Under the pieces are notes generated by a model that worked only from the letters and a program-made list of their open reading frames with translations, searched no databases and was not told the origin of the DNA. Of a DNA stretch of 64,000 bases, positions 30,827 to 44,960 are shown piece by piece. The DNA comes from Macrostomum lignano (lineage: Eukaryota), in assembly GCA_002269645.1 (NCBI GenBank), contig NIVC01001453.1:1-64000 (forward strand), read 5' to 3'. A program made the position numbers and the translations under genes. The stretch's first letter is position 1. Each line of letters begins with the position of its first letter.

Positions 30827-32569
30827 ATGGCGCCAGAGTCCGGTTCCAGTGACTCCAGGATTTCAAAAATCTTGAAAAAGGACGATTTGGCATCGCTGAA
30901 GAGGCTGCTGAGCAGCAGGGACTCTGCATCTGACCGGCTCAGCTTCCCTCACGCCGCCCACGACTTCATCCCGTGCTCCGCTGACGGAGCCGCATTCGCC
31001 CAGCTCCTGTCGCAGCACACGTCTCTCATCGAGCTGAGCTGCTGCAGCCTGGCTCCCGACTGCTTCCGCTACCTGCTCGAGACGACAAGCCAGCAAGTGA
31101 TGAAGGATGCTGACTGCTGCCCAGTCCACTGCCTCATCGTCAAGCTGTGGATTGTGAATTGTGAGTCTCTCCAACAGCAGGCTGTGAGCTTTCTGCAGCA
31201 GTTGCACAGCAGCGATGAGCAGGTCTCTGAGCAGCTGTGCCAGCTGTTGGACAAGGAAGCGCTGGGACTGAATGCGCTGGAGCTGGCAGTGAACAGGCGG
31301 CAGTTCTCAGTGGCTCACTGGATTCTGCACTGCAGCAGCAGGTACTGCAGCAGCCTGATTGATGCAGGAGCAGTGAGACTGCGCTGTGTGGACCTCAGCG
31401 AGTACAGCTTCCCAAGGGGCGACAGGCGAGACACGAGTCCGCTGACGATGCTGGCCGACATGACGCGGGACGCGGAGCCGCTGGACGACTCGCTGAAGCG
31501 CTTCTGGGACTCCGACGTCATCACGCGCTGGTCGGCTGAGACTCTGTCGCGAAACAAAAAGCTGCTGTGGATAAACGCCGTGTTTTGCATTGCGCTGCTG
31601 TGCGGTATCGGAATTACCACTGCGCCAACATTTTACCGCAAAGTGAAATCCGGGACGGAATGCAATACCAGCTGCGAGTTTAACGATCTGTTACACAGCA
31701 TCGGTGACTCGGAAAATGACAGCGGAGTTGCAGTGCCGGAAATATTTGTTTATACTTTGTGTGCCGTTTTCTCAATTCGTAAAATAGCCATTGTTGTTGC
31801 CAGATTTCACATCCTGAAAGTTGCTGCATCAACGAACAAAAGTACGATTGTCCGACTCTTGCAGACGTTCCTGTCCGATTTCAAATGGTTCTCGCCAGCT
31901 CTATTAATTCCATTGTGGCCAGTTTCTTTTGCTTTTACTCTCTCTATCCAAGCGAATACGTTTTGCACCGGTCAGTTTCATCAACTGCCCAACAGTCTGA
32001 TGGGTGTGCTTGATGCCATGTTCCTCATTGGCATGCTGCTAGGTCTGGTTGCAGTGTTCTTCGAACTTGGCCTGCTAGATCGGATGTTCTTCCAAATGTG
32101 GTGCCTGATGGACATGCTCTGCTGGCTGTTCGTCCTGGTCAGCCTGATGCTTGCCAACGCCTCCTGGATGTTCGCAGCAATGATTCCGTGCGAGCCAATT
32201 TTCCAGCAATCTTTCAATGTGATGCCGACTGGTCTCTGGCTGGGATTCTACCGAGCTGTGATCCTCGGAGAGGGCTTCTCAGCCGACTCTCTGAGACGAC
32301 TCGGCCTTGCGCTCGTCTTCATTCAGGTTGTTCTCGTGCTGTTCTTCTTCAACGTGTTGATCGCTTTTCTGTCTGACCGACTGTCGGTTGTGTCGCCCAA
32401 CACCGACTACCTGATGCGGGCGCGGCAGCTGCAGATGCTGGCGATCTACAGCAAAGTGTTCGCCGGACTGTGCAGCTTGCCACGACGAAAGCTGAGCCAG
32501 TGTCGAAGGCAGACAACGGTGCAGAGCAAGCCTGAAGGAGCACTAGTGCTGCGCTTTGTCCAGGACTGA
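30827..32569 (+). CDS. Intronless divergent TRPV-like cation channel, 580 aa
   Basis: About 3 degenerate ankyrin repeats (PVHCLIV, GLNALELAV...VAHWIL). Linker GAVRLRCVDLS (TRPV GPV...YDLS). Six hydrophobic segments, pore-like FYRAVILGEG, and S6 VLFFFNVLIAFLSD followed by a TRP-helix-like segment. Confidence 0.8.
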   Translation: MAPESGSSDSRISKILKKDDLASLKRLLSSRDSASDRLSFPHAAHDFIPCSADGAAFAQLLSQHTSLIELSCCSLAPDCFRYLLETTSQQVMKDADCCPVHCLIVKLWIVNCESLQQQAVSFLQQLHSSDEQVSEQLCQLLDKEALGLNALELAVNRRQFSVAHWILHCSSRYCSSLIDAGAVRLRCVDLSEYSFPRGDRRDTSPLTMLADMTRDAEPLDDSLKRFWDSDVITRWSAETLSRNKKLLWINAVFCIALLCGIGITTAPTFYRKVKSGTECNTSCEFNDLLHSIGDSENDSGVAVPEIFVYTLCAVFSIRKIAIVVARFHILKVAASTNKSTIVRLLQTFLSDFKWFSPALLIPLWPVSFAFTLSIQANTFCTGQFHQLPNSLMGVLDAMFLIGMLLGLVAVFFELGLLDRMFFQMWCLMDMLCWLFVLVSLMLANASWMFAAMIPCEPIFQQSFNVMPTGLWLGFYRAVILGEGFSADSLRRLGLALVFIQVVLVLFFFNVLIAFLSDRLSVVSPNTDYLMRARQLQMLAIYSKVFAGLCSLPRRKLSQCRRQTTVQSKPEGALVLRFVQD

Positions 32570-32589
32570 GGGAGCCTGAAGGACCGCCA

Positions 32590-35500
32590 GCAGCACCACT
32601 GCATCTGCATCTCTCCTGTCTTCATTTCACACTGCACCTGCATCTACTGTCTCGATCTCACACTGCATCTGCATCTCTTGTCTCGATCTCACACTGCACC
32701 TGCATCTCCTGTCTTCATTTCACACTGCACCTGCATCTCCTGTCTCGATCTCACACTGCACCTGCATCTCCTGTCTTCATTTCACACTGTACCTGCATCT
32801 CCTGTCTCTATCTCACACTGCACCTGCATCTCTTGTCTCGATCTCACACTGCATCTGCATCTCCTGTCTCTATCTTACACTGCACTTGCATCTCCTGTCT
32901 CTATCTCACACTGCATCTGCATCTCCTGTCTCGATCTCACACTGCACTTGCATCTCCTGTCTCTATCTCACACTGCACCTGCATCTCCTGTCTCGATCTC
33001 ACACTGCACTTGCATCTCCTGTCTCTATCTCACACTGCACTTGCATCTCCTGTCTCGATCTCACACTGCACTTGCATCTCCTGTCTCTATCTCACACTGC
33101 ACCTGCATCTCCTGTCTCTGTCTCACACTGTACCTGCATCTCCTGTCTCTATCTCACACTGCACTTGCATCTCCTGTCTCTATCTCACACTGCACCTGCA
33201 TCTCCTGTCTTCATCCCACACTGCACCTGCATCTCCTGTCTCTATCTCACACTGCACTTGCATCTCCTGTCTCTATCTCACACTGCACTTGCATCTCCTG
33301 TCTCTATCTCACACTGCACTTGCATCTCCTGTCTCTATCTCACACTGCACTTGCATCTCCTGTCTCGATCTCACACTGCACTTGCATCTCCTGTCTTCAT
33401 TTCACACTGCACCTGCATCTCCTGTCTTCATCCCACACTGCACCTGCATCTCCTGTCTCGATCTCACACTGCACCTGCATCTCCTGTCTCTATCTCACAC
33501 TGCACTTGCATCTCCTGTCTGGATCTCACACTGCACTTGCATCTCCTGTCTCTATCTCACACTGCACCTGCATCTCCTGTCTCTGTCTCACACTGTACCT
33601 GCATCTCCTGTCTCTATCTCACACTGCACTTGCATCTCCTGTCTCTATCTCACACTGCACCTGCATCTCCTGTCTTCATCCACACTGCACCTGCATCTCC
33701 TGTCTCTATCTCACACTGCACTTGCATCTCCTGTCTCTATCTCACACTGCACTTGCATCTCCTGTCTCTATCTCACACTGCACTTGCATCTCCTGTCTCT
33801 ATCTCACACTGCACTTGCATCTCCTGTCTCGATCTCACACTGCACTTGCATCTCCTGTCTCTATCTCACACTGTACCTGCATCTCCTGTCTCTATCTCAC
33901 ACTGCACTTGCATCTCCTGTCTCTACCTCACACTGCACTTGCATCTCCTGTCTTCATTTCACACTGCACCTGCATCTCCTGTCTCGATCTTACACTGCAC
34001 TTGCATCTCCTGTCTCGATCTCACACTGCACCTGCATCTCCTGTCTCTATCTCACACTGCACCTGCATCTCCTGTCTCTATCTCACACTGCACTTGCATC
34101 TCCTGTCTGTCTCTATCTCACACTGCACCTGCATCTCCTGTCTCTATCTCACACTGCACTTGCATCTCCTGTCTGTCTCTATCTCACACTGCACCTGCAT
34201 CTCCTGTCTTCATCCCACACTGCACCTGCATCTCCTGTCTTCATCCCACACTGCACCTGCATCTCCTGTCTTCATCCCACACTGCACCTGCATCTCCTGT
34301 CTTCATCCCACACTGCACCTGAGTCTCCTGTCTTCATCCCACATTGCACCTGAGTCTCCTGTCTCTATCTCACACTGCACCTGAGTCTCCTGTCTCTATC
34401 TCACACTGCACTTGCATCTCCTGTCTTCATCCCACACTGCACCTGAGTCTCCTGTCTTCATCCCACATTGCACCTGCATCTCCTGTCTTCATCCCACACT
34501 GCACCTGCATCTCCTGTCTCTATCCCACACTGCACCTGCATCTCCTGTCTCTATCCCACACTGCACCTGCATCTCCTGTCTTCATCCCACACTGCACCTG
34601 CATCTCCTGTCTTCATCTCACACTGCACTTGCATCTCCTGTCTTCATTCCACACTGCACCTGCATCTCCTGTCTCTATCTCACACTGCACCTGAGTCTCC
34701 TGTCTTCATCCCACACTGCACCTGCATCTCCTGTCTTCATCCCACACTGCACCTGCATCTCCTGTCTTCATCTCACACTGCACTTGCATCTCCTGTCTTC
34801 ATCCCACACTGCACCTGCATCTACTGTCTCGATCTCACACTGCATCTGCATCTCTTGTCTCGATCTCACACTGCACCTGCATCTCCTGTCTTCATTTCAC
34901 ACTGCACCTGCATCTCCTGTCTCTATCTCACACTGCACTTGCATCTCCTGTCTCTATCTCACACTGCACCTGCATCTCCTGTCTCTATCTCACACTGCAC
35001 TTGCATCTCCTGTCTCTATCTCACACTGCACTTGCATCTCCTGTCTCTATCTCACACTGCACCTGCATCTCCTGTCTTCATCCCACACTGCACCTGCATC
35101 TCCTGTCTCTATCTCACACTGCACTTGCATCTCCTGTCTCTATCTCACACTGCACTTGCATCTCCTGTCTCTATCTCACACTGCACTTGCATCTCCTGTC
35201 TCTATCTCACACTGCACCTGCATCTCCTGTCTCTATCTCACACTGCACTTGCATCTCCTGTCTCTATCTCACACTGCACTTGCATCTCCTGTCTTCATCC
35301 CACACTGCACTTGCATCTCCTGTCTCGATCTCACACTGCACCTGCATCTCCTGTCTCTATCTCACACTGTACCTGCATCTCCTGTCTCTATCTCACACTG
35401 CACTTGCATCTCCTGTCTCTATCTCACACTGCACTTGCATCTCCTGTCTTCATTTCACACTGCACCTGCATCTCCTGTCTCGATCTTACACTGCACTTGC

Positions 35501-36035
35501 ATCTCCTGTCTCGATCTCACACTGCACCTGCATCTCCTGTCTCTATCTCACACTGCACTTGCATCTCCTGTCTGTCTCTATCTCACACTGCACCTGCATC
35601 TCCTGTCTCTATCTCACACTGCACCTGCATCTCCTGTCTTCATCCCACACTGCACCTGCATCTCCTGTCTTCATCCCACACTGCACCTGCATCTCCTGTC
35701 TTCATCCCACACTGCACTTGCATCTCCTGTCTTCATCCCACACTGCACTTGCATCTCCTGTCTTCATCCCACACTGCACCTGCATCTCCTGTCTTCATCT
35801 CACACTGCACTTGCATCTCCTGTCTTCATCCCACACTGCACCTGCATCTCCTGTCTTCATCCCACACTGCACCTGCATCTCCTGTCTTCATCCCACACTG
35901 CACTTGCATCTCCTGTCTTCATCCCACACTGCACCTGCATCTCCTGTCTTCATCTCACACTGCACCTGCATCTCCTGTCTTCATCCCACACTGCACCTGC
36001 ATCTCCTGTCTTCATCCCACACTGCACCTGAGTCT
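32590..36035 (+). repeat. 32-bp minisatellite, over 100 copies, immediately after the TRPV-like stop codon
   Basis: Unit CACACTGCACCTGCATCTCCTGTCTCTATCTC. A diagnostic variant near 32641 recurs near 34820, indicating an internal duplication of about 2.2 kb. Confidence 0.95.
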
Positions 36036-36599
36036 CCTTGCCTTACAAGGACTACTTAAGTAGACTAGGTTTAGAATGTATTGGAAAATTTTAGGAGGAA
36101 TTTTTTTTACTAAAAAACACTTTCATTTTTCATTTTTTCATTTTTCATTTTTTTAGCACAAAAATAGTTATTGCTTTTGATAGGAGGTAAACCAATGTTG
36201 ATCGTTTTATATGTCTTGCCTGCCAAATCGATTTATTGACTATTGATATTCATAATTTTTTTCGTTTATAAAATTAGGATTTTAGTAATTGTATTTTAAT
36301 TTTCTACGTACATGTCCTCTAATATTTATGGATCTATTTTATCATTCTATCATTCTATTACACATTTCGTTACACAGTCAATAAGCTATGAATTATAAAA
36401 CCGAATTTTTCGGTGACCCGGTCAACTGCATCCGTATTTTATTATCGTGTTAACTCTTTGATTCTGTTCATTCCAGGTATTTATGATTTTATCCATAGAT
36501 ACTTTAAATACCAGTTACGTCAGTAAAACAAAATTCTTTCTGTAAAACAAAAAGGATCATTTTAAACTATTGCTGCACACTATCACTAAAATTTTGGCT

Positions 36600-37935
36600 C
36601 CGCAATTTCACACAATTTAGCGCCACAATATCACACGATTTAGCGCAACAATGTCACACAATTTAGCGCCACATTATCACACAATTTAGCGCCCCAATAT
36701 TTCACGATTTAGAGCCACAATATTACACAATTTTGCGCCACAATATCACACAATTTAGCGCTACAATATTTCACGATTTAGCGCCACAATATTTTACGAT
36801 TTAGCGTCACAATATTGCACAATTTAGCGCTACAATATTACACAATTTAGCGCCACACTATCACACAATTTAGCGCTAAAATATTTCACGATTTAGCGCC
36901 ACAATATTTCACGATTTAGCGTCACAATATTGCACAATTTAGCGCTACAATATTACACAATTTAGCGCCACAATATCACACAATTTAGCGCTACAATATT
37001 TCACGATTTAGCGCCACAATATTTCACGATTTAGCGTCACAATATTGCACAATTTAGCGCTACAATATTGCACAATTTAGCGCCACAATATCACACAATT
37101 TAGCGCTACAATATTTCACGATTTAGCGCCACAATATTTCACGATTTAGCGTCACAATATTGCACAATTTAGCGCTACAATATTACACAATTAAGCGCTA
37201 CAATATCACACAATTTAGCGCCAAAATATTTCACGGTTTAGCGCCACAATATTTCACGATTTAGCGTCACAATATTGCACAATTTAGCGCTACAATATTA
37301 CACAATTTAGCGCCACAATATCACACAATTTAGCGCTACAATATTTCACGATTTAGCGCCACAATATTTCACGATTTAGCGTCACAATATTGCACAATTT
37401 AGCGCTACAATATTACACAATTAAGCGCTACAATATCACACAATTTAGCGCCAAAATATTTCACGGTTTAGCGCCACAATATTTCACGATTTAGCGTCAC
37501 AATATTGCACAATTTAGCGCTACAATATTTTACGGTTTAGCGCCACAATATTTGACTATTTAGCGTCACAATATTACACATTTTAGCGCCACAATATCAC
37601 ACAATTTAGCGCCACAATATTACAAATTTTAGCGCCACAATATTACAAAATTTAGCGCCACAATATTACAAATTTTAGCGCCACAATATTACAAAATTTA
37701 GCGCCACAATATTACACAATTTAGCGCCACAATATCACACAATTTAGCGCCACAATATCACACAATTTAGCGCCACAATAGCACACAATTTAGCGCCACA
37801 ATAGCACACAATTTAGCGCCACAATATCACACAATTTAGCGCCACAATAGCACACAATTTAGCGCCACAAAAGCACACAATTTAGCGCCACAATAGCACA
37901 CAATTTAGCGCCACAATACAACACTATTTTGCGAT
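36600..37935 (+). repeat. ~22-23 bp minisatellite with higher-order structure
   Basis: Unit ACAATATCACACAATTTAGCGCC with alternating variants. Confidence 0.93.
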
Positions 37936-38519
37936 ACAATATCATTTAAATGAAATAGTTATCAGTTTAACATCTTTCGGCTTACACTTCTCACTCCAAA
38001 ACTCAGAGGTTCGTATTGTCCATTCAGCTAAGTACAGTGCAAGTACTCGCAATACTCTATTCAACACAATGTACAACAATTGTGTACTCCTTACTTTACA
38101 AGATTCAAGCTGTGAGCGAGGCAAACTTACAGTAGACAATATTGATATAAAGTATCAAGGATATAAATTAATTTAATTAGATCCTGTTTTTAAGCCTTTT
38201 ATAAACTTTATCGTAACTTAACTAACTTTTATTTCTCTGTCTACCATTATACTACTAATGCGGTGATGCATAGCAACAGCTTCATTCCAACTGTTTCTCT
38301 GCTATACTCAATCGCTGACAGTTGTTGGTTTCATGTTGCCACAGTCGAGCTCCAGGCCGTTCCCGAGATGGGCCCTGGCAGGTTTCTACATCGGATTGTA
38401 CGGGATTGCCATCGTTTTCTTAGTTGCGTTCTTCGTTTGGATTGCAAGACAGCCACCTCTGCTGTTGACGCCGCACTGCTGTGAGGCTGCTCAGGACCAA
38501 ACTGGGGTGACTTTAATCC

Positions 38520-39175
38520 AGAGATAGGGATAGGGCGAGAGGGAGAGCGAGAGGGAGAAAGAGAGAAGGAGAGAGGGGAAAGAGAGAGGGAAAGAGATGG
38601 GGGAGAGAGAGGGAGAGAGAGGGGAGAGAAGGAGAGAGAGGGGAGAGAGAAGGAGAGAGAGGGGAGAGAGAGGAGGGAGAGAGGAGAGAGAGAGAGGAGA
38701 GAGAGTGGAGAGAAGAGAGAGGGGAAAGAAAGAGGGAGAGAGGAGAGGGAGGGGAGACAGAGGGGAGAGAGAAGGAGAGAGAGGGAAGAGAGAGGGAGAG
38801 AGAGGAGGGAGAGAGGAGAGAGAGTGGAGAGAAGAGAGAGGGGAAAGAAAGAGGGAGAGAGGAGAGGGAGGGGAGACAGAGGGGAGAGAGAAGGAGAGAG
38901 AGGGAAGAGAGAGGGAGAGAGACGGGAGAGAGAGGAGGGAGAGAGGAGAGAGAGAGAGGAGAGAGAGTGGAGAGGAGAGAGAGGGGGAAGAAAGAGGGAG
39001 AGAGGAGAGGGAGGGGAGACAGAGGGGAGAGAGAGTAGAGAGAGACGGAGAGAGAGGAGGGAGAGTGGAGAGACAGAGGGGAGAGAAAGAGGGAGAGAGA
39101 GGAGAGAGAGAGAGGGGGAAAGAGACGGAGAGGGAGGGGAGACAGAGGGGAGAAATGGAGGACGGAGAGGGAAAA
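38520..39175 (+). repeat. GA-rich simple repeat in otopetrin pseudogene intron 1
   Basis: Purine-only tract with internal duplications. Confidence 0.9.
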
Positions 39176-40141
39176 GAGGGGCGAGTTTGGTGCACCTTTT
39201 TTCACAGAAGCGCGGACACGGTAAAAAGTACAGCCAAAATTAAAAGTACAGCTTGCTGGTACTAGTAACAACTGACATGTATTAAAAGCCGGACGTTAAT
39301 AAATGCAGAAATGTTGAGAGGCAGAGAATATTGAAACCCAGTGTACGCGTAAAGCCGTGAGCACTGAATGTAAATTAAAAATGAGTCACAGGCTTTAAGG
39401 GCTGCAGACGGATGGCTAAAGAGAGCATAAATGTAAACTGTGCAATGGGCCCTGAGACCTCCAAAGCGAAATAAAAAATAGAAAAATAAGTGAAAAACAA
39501 TGAGTAGCTAACAAAAATTCTAGCAGTGCAAATGAACTGATCAAGGCGTCAAAAGACGGTCAAAAAGTCGGGCGTACGAGTACCTGGGGAGCTGGGATCC
39601 CACCATCCAGGAGCAAAGTCGGGCGTACCTGGGGAACGGGGATCTCACGCACTCGGTGTTGGCGGATGGCTTGAAATTGACTGGTGTCCCTGACGAAGCT
39701 TGACAGTTTTATGACGCTGGCACACAGAATTTGCTGTACTCGTCAGACACTGAAGAGCTTAGATTTGCAAATGTATTTCAGAACCCAGCTGCTGCTTCAG
39801 CCGACGTTCCGGAGCCGACCGGAAGCGAGTCGTGGCGCCGCAGACGCAGTGGTCGGGCAGTTCCGGTCGCATCCTGCGCCGAGCTGCCTCCCGAGGAGTC
39901 TCAATCGATTTCATTTTTCGTGCGAATCGCCTGCGGTATTTTCGGCGCGCTGTAGGTCACCGACGAGGCGTTGATGATCATGGACACGCTCATGGACATT
40001 GTCGGCGGGTGCTCTGAAAGCGTGTCCGAGTCGGCCGGCCAGATTAGCCAGTATTCGCTGAGCATCTGCTTTACACTGCTCCAGACTGGCCTGGTGCTGA
40101 AGTATAGCAAGGCCTCGATCAATGTCTGCATGGCTGTGAGT

Positions 40142-40389
<248 letters not shown>

Positions 40390-41014
40390 TCCCTCTAACA
40401 TGCCGCAGAGTTGCTCAATGGGTTTCGCCCATCTCCTGGCCGCGAATCTGTGCGACTGGTTCCAGGCAACCCTCATGGAAACCAGTCACAGTGCCGCCAA
40501 AGCCGCCCAGAAGTTGCTGGCTTCGAGCGGCGCCACCGAGCTGACTCTGGTCAGCGCGGTTCGTCAGTGTCGACTCTCACTTACTCGGCGTCGGGGACAG
40601 CCAATGTCACCAGCTCGGTGACCAGCATCTGCTCCAAGGACGCCTTCTGGAGGATGGCGCCGTACCTGCTGCCGTTTACGATCGAGTACGCTCTGATGGC
40701 TGCCACCAGCGCCTATGCAATGCGCCGAAACATTGGTCGCCTGGCCCACTTCCTCACTAGCGGGCGCCGGCTGTCCAAGATTCAACGGACAATTGAGCCG
40801 TCAAAGCTGGACTGCTGGACTGCGAGTTCTGCTCGCCTTTGGCCTTGCATCCGGGATCTACTTTACCATCTATGTTAATGACATGTCCAGCAAACCCGAC
40901 ACAATTCAGCTGATCTATCAGATCACGGATTTGATCCTGCTATCGGCATGTTTAATTCTGTGCATCATTGCCTTCGTCAGGATGCGCCAGATGACCCAGC
41001 AGGTGCACGGGCTC

Positions 41015-41218
41015 TCCTTCTTTAAAAAAAGTTTTCCACTCACTTTCTACATTTTTAGTTAATGTTTGAAAAGGTTTCGAGTATGAGTTCGACGAATTCT
41101 GATCGAATATTTGAACGAATAAATATTTGAGTGAAATAAAATTGGAAATTAAAATTAACTTAAGCAATTTCAATGTTTCAAAAAAATCTGAGAAAATCTG
41201 CATTCAATGAGTATACGG
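41015..41218 (-). mobile_element. Truncated end of a putative Tc2/pogo-like DNA transposon
   Basis: Minus strand reads TA|CCGTATACTC at the exact point where Gypsy integrase sequence stops (TA at 41219-41220). AT-rich body. The opposite end is not found. Confidence 0.35.
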
Positions 41219-44200
41219 TACACTTCACCAAAAAATTCTGGCGGGGCACGGGCCCTCTCACTACGAAGCAATACAGGCTGTTCTGGATGCGCTTGAACAT
41301 CAGCAGGGGCGCCGACCGGGGCGCCGGCTGGGGCGCCGGCTGGGACGCCGTCAAATCTCAGGTCGTCCTCGTCAGGATTGTGCAGTTGCGCCGCTGGTTG
41401 CAATTGAGGTGCTGCAGCTGGACTGGCCGTGTTGCATGGCTTCAGGCGATTGAAATGCACCACCCTTCGCCGTCGTGCATTGGCCTCGTGCTGAATGCGG
41501 TAGGTGACGTCTGAGATCTGCTTTTTAACGCGCCATGGCCCAGTCCACCATCGATGAAATTTTCGGCTCTCGCCTCGCTTCAGCGCCGGATTGTGCAGCC
41601 AGACCAGATCGTCCTCGCTAAATGCCTCCCCGTGGCACCTCCTGTCGTACGCTGCCTTCTGGTGCAGTTGCGCTGCCTCCAAGTTTTGTCGCGCCCTCTC
41701 GTGCGATGTCTGCAGCCGGCTCCGCAGCTCGGCCACCCATTCACAAGGACGTTGCCTATCCGGCGCCAGACCTCCGTACGCCAAGTCCAGTGGTAGTCGC
41801 AGTTCCCGGCCGAAATGCATCGCCGAAGGTGTCTGACTAGTCGACTTGTGGACTGAAGTGCGGTAGCCCATCAGTGCAATCTGCAGATGAAGATCCCAGT
41901 CTCGCTGATTGTCGTTCCCCCATGCTCGCAGCAGCTGCACCAGTGTCCGGTTCATCCGTTCGCAACCGCCATCTCCTTCAGGGTGGTAGCCTGTCGTCCG
42001 AGTCTTGTCAATTTTCAGCAGCCGCATCGTCTCTTGAAACAGCTGCGGCTCCCAGTTCCGACTCTGGTCGGTGTGCACCGACTGCGGGACTCCAAAGCGA
42101 GCCACCCACTCGTTGAAAAACGTCCGGGCTGTGGTCTCAGCGTCTTGAGACGGCAGTGGAAAGGCCTCAGTCCACTTGCTGAAGTGTCGATGACTACCAG
42201 GATGACTGAATTTCCACGTTCGGTCCTCGGCAGGCCCACCATGAAGTCCATTTCCAGTCGCTGGCCAACGCTGCCGACCGCCATGCTCTGTAGAGGTGCC
42301 CGTCTGTGCTGGCCAGAATCCTTCAGTGTCGCGCATTCGAGGCATGCAGCACATCAGTCAGTCACATCTGCTGTCAATGGTCTTCTGCGGTCCGCAGTGG
42401 CTGCCGCTCGTTCCAGCATGAGCTTCGACAAAAACATAGCGCTGTAGACTCTCTGGCACCAGCAACTGCTGACAAAAGGCGCTGCCGTCTTCGGATTCCC
42501 ATCGGCGGCACAGCAGTCCGTTCACCAGTGTCAGCCGCTTAAACTCGGACAGCAGTTGCCGCTGCCGATTGCTCCAGCCGTCCGTCTCTGCCTTGTCCGG
42601 TGGTTGACCATTTCGCAAGCAGTTCGGCAGCTGCTGCATGCACCGATCCTCTGCCTGTGCTCGTCGAATCGCGTTGTCGTCATTGAACTCGACAGCGAGC
42701 GCCGAGCCACTGCACAGGCAAGGTCCTTTTCGACACGGTCGCCAACTAAGTGCGTCTGCATTTCCATGTTTCTCGCCCTTGCGGTACTCCGTCTGGTAGT
42801 CGAATTCGCTTAGCTTATCCAGCCACCGTGCCAGCTGACCATCGGGATCTCGAAAGCGCAGAAGATGGATCAGCGAGGCGTGATCAGTACGCAGTGTGAA
42901 TCTTTTTCCTAACAAGTAGCTGCGATTGTGACCGACGAAGTGCACAATTGCCAGCAGCTCACGCCTCGTTGTGCAGTAGTTTCTCTCTGCTTTGGACAAA
43001 ATGCGACTGCCGTACGCCACCACCTGCGTCCTGCCACCACGGCGCTCTTGAAGAACTCCGGAGATGGCCACGCCAGAGGCATCGGTATCCAGCACAAACT
43101 CAGCGTCTTCTGCGAATGTCGGCATGATGAGGACTGGGCTGGAAGTAAGGCACTGCTTTAGGCGATTAAATGCTGCTGAGCATTCGAGAGTCCAGCGGAA
43201 GGTCACGTCCTTTTGCGTTAGCTTGTACAGCGGTTCAGCAATCTCACTGTAGTTTTTTTAACAAAACGACGATAGTAGCCACACAATCCCAGGAATTGTC
43301 GCACTTCTGAACGATCTTCGGGCGTTGGCCACTCCTGCACTGCTTTCACCTTGTCCGGGTCAGTGGTCACGCCATCTTTTGAGACTCGAAAGCCTAGAAA
43401 TGAGATTTCCTGATAGCACAGGTGGCACTTGGTTGGCTTCATCTTCAGGTTAGCGGTTCTGAATTTCTGCAACACAAGCTCAAGACGCCGCAGATGCTCT
43501 TCGAATCCTGTCGAAAAGATGACAACGTCGTCAAAAAATGACAGGCACACTTCCCATCGGAGGCCCTTCAGAACGAGTTCCATCAGCCTTGAAAACGTGG
43601 CAGGACCATTGCACACACATTGCGGTAGTCTCTTGTACTGGAATAATCCCTGTGGCGCAGGAAATGCTGTTTTTGTGCGACTCTCTGAGTCCAGCATCAC
43701 CTGGGTGTACCCGCTAGTGAAGTCGAGCGTTGAGAACATTGTGGATCCTGCGAGAGCATCGATCAGATCGCTGGTGTGAGGCAGTGGATGACTGTCTTTG
43801 ACGGTCACGGAGTTGAGCAGTCTGAAGTCGTTCACGAAGCGCAAACTGCCGTCCTTCTTCTTCACCAGAATAACAGGGCTCGACCACGGAAAATTCGAAG
43901 GTTCTACGATGTCGCCTCGCACCATCTGCTCGACCATCTCTGACACAGCTCGCTGGTTCGGCGGCGACAATCGACGAGGAGGCACTCTGATGGGTTTCGC
44001 CGACCCGGTGTCAATTTTGTGGTCAAGGAGTGAAGTGCAGCCCAGGTCGTTTGGACTTTTCGAGAACACATCCTGGTACTGATGCAGATCTTTGATACAC
44101 TGAACTTGATTGGCTGTCAGATTTTTTTCATCAATGTACACATTCGGTGAATTCTCAGCGATTTGACCTTTCATTGTCTCAACTTGCATTGACAACTCTG

Positions 44201-44960
44201 CATCGGCACCATCTGACATCGGCTCAAAAGTCCCCAGTCTTGTTCCGGGGTAAAATGTATGCGGCTTGGTGTCCGTATTGACATAGTGAACGGCGATGAG
44301 TCCTCCTCGCAACAACGAGAGGCTGCGCGCTCCACACATGACCGTGGAGATGTCCTTCGAATTGTCAGGCTCAAAGATGCCGCACTCACCATCAACAGCT
44401 GCATCTGACCCACTTACCAATCTCGCTGGGAAAACGATTTCGTGACCAGCGGGCACGGTTGTCCTGTCTGCTACCTCAACGGCGAATACACAGCTACTGG
44501 CTGCCGATGACTCCATTTTTACTTGCTGACCGCACACAGTAAGCGTTTGGCGATGGCAGTCGATGACGCAGCCACAGTTTGCCAGGAAATCTGCACCCAG
44601 CAAAAAATCCTTGGCCAGATTGTCCACAACTAAAACTCTTTGTCGAACCGTTGCCACACCGAAACTTAGCTTCACTTCCTGCCAACCACAGGCAGCCAAA
44701 TAGTTACCGTCTGCCAGCTTTAACTGCACCGGAGTCGTCAAAGGCAGGAGCCTCTCATTCAGCTTGCGAAATAGGGAGCTTGACATCAAAGACTGGGAAC
44801 ACCCAGTGTCAACTAGACAGCTGGCAGGGACACACATTGGCAGGATGCGACAGTTTACCAGCATGTTGGCACCAGTGGCTGAGCAGGACACCTCCACGAC
44901 TGGTTGCGCCGGGATTCTCGCTTGCGGAACGGCACCCCAGCGGTCGCCGCTCCATCGAAG
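41219..44960 (-). pseudogene. pol: Gypsy pol (protease, RT, RNase H, integrase) broken by at least 3 frameshifts
   Basis: CLVDTGCSQSL (protease); LRFVNDFRLLN and FFDDVVIFS (RT); FVLDTDASG and RELLAIV (RNase H); HAGTSGSHCG, DFMVGLP, HTDQ, YHPEGDGGCERMNRTL and WTGPW (integrase). Frameshifts near 43255 (A7 run), 42365 and 42188. Confidence 0.92.

Noticed and set aside
32678-36063. His/Cys-rich ORFs of 350-570 aa after the TRPV-like gene
   Set aside because: These are translations of a stop-free 32-bp repeat, open in all three plus frames, and not a metal-binding protein.
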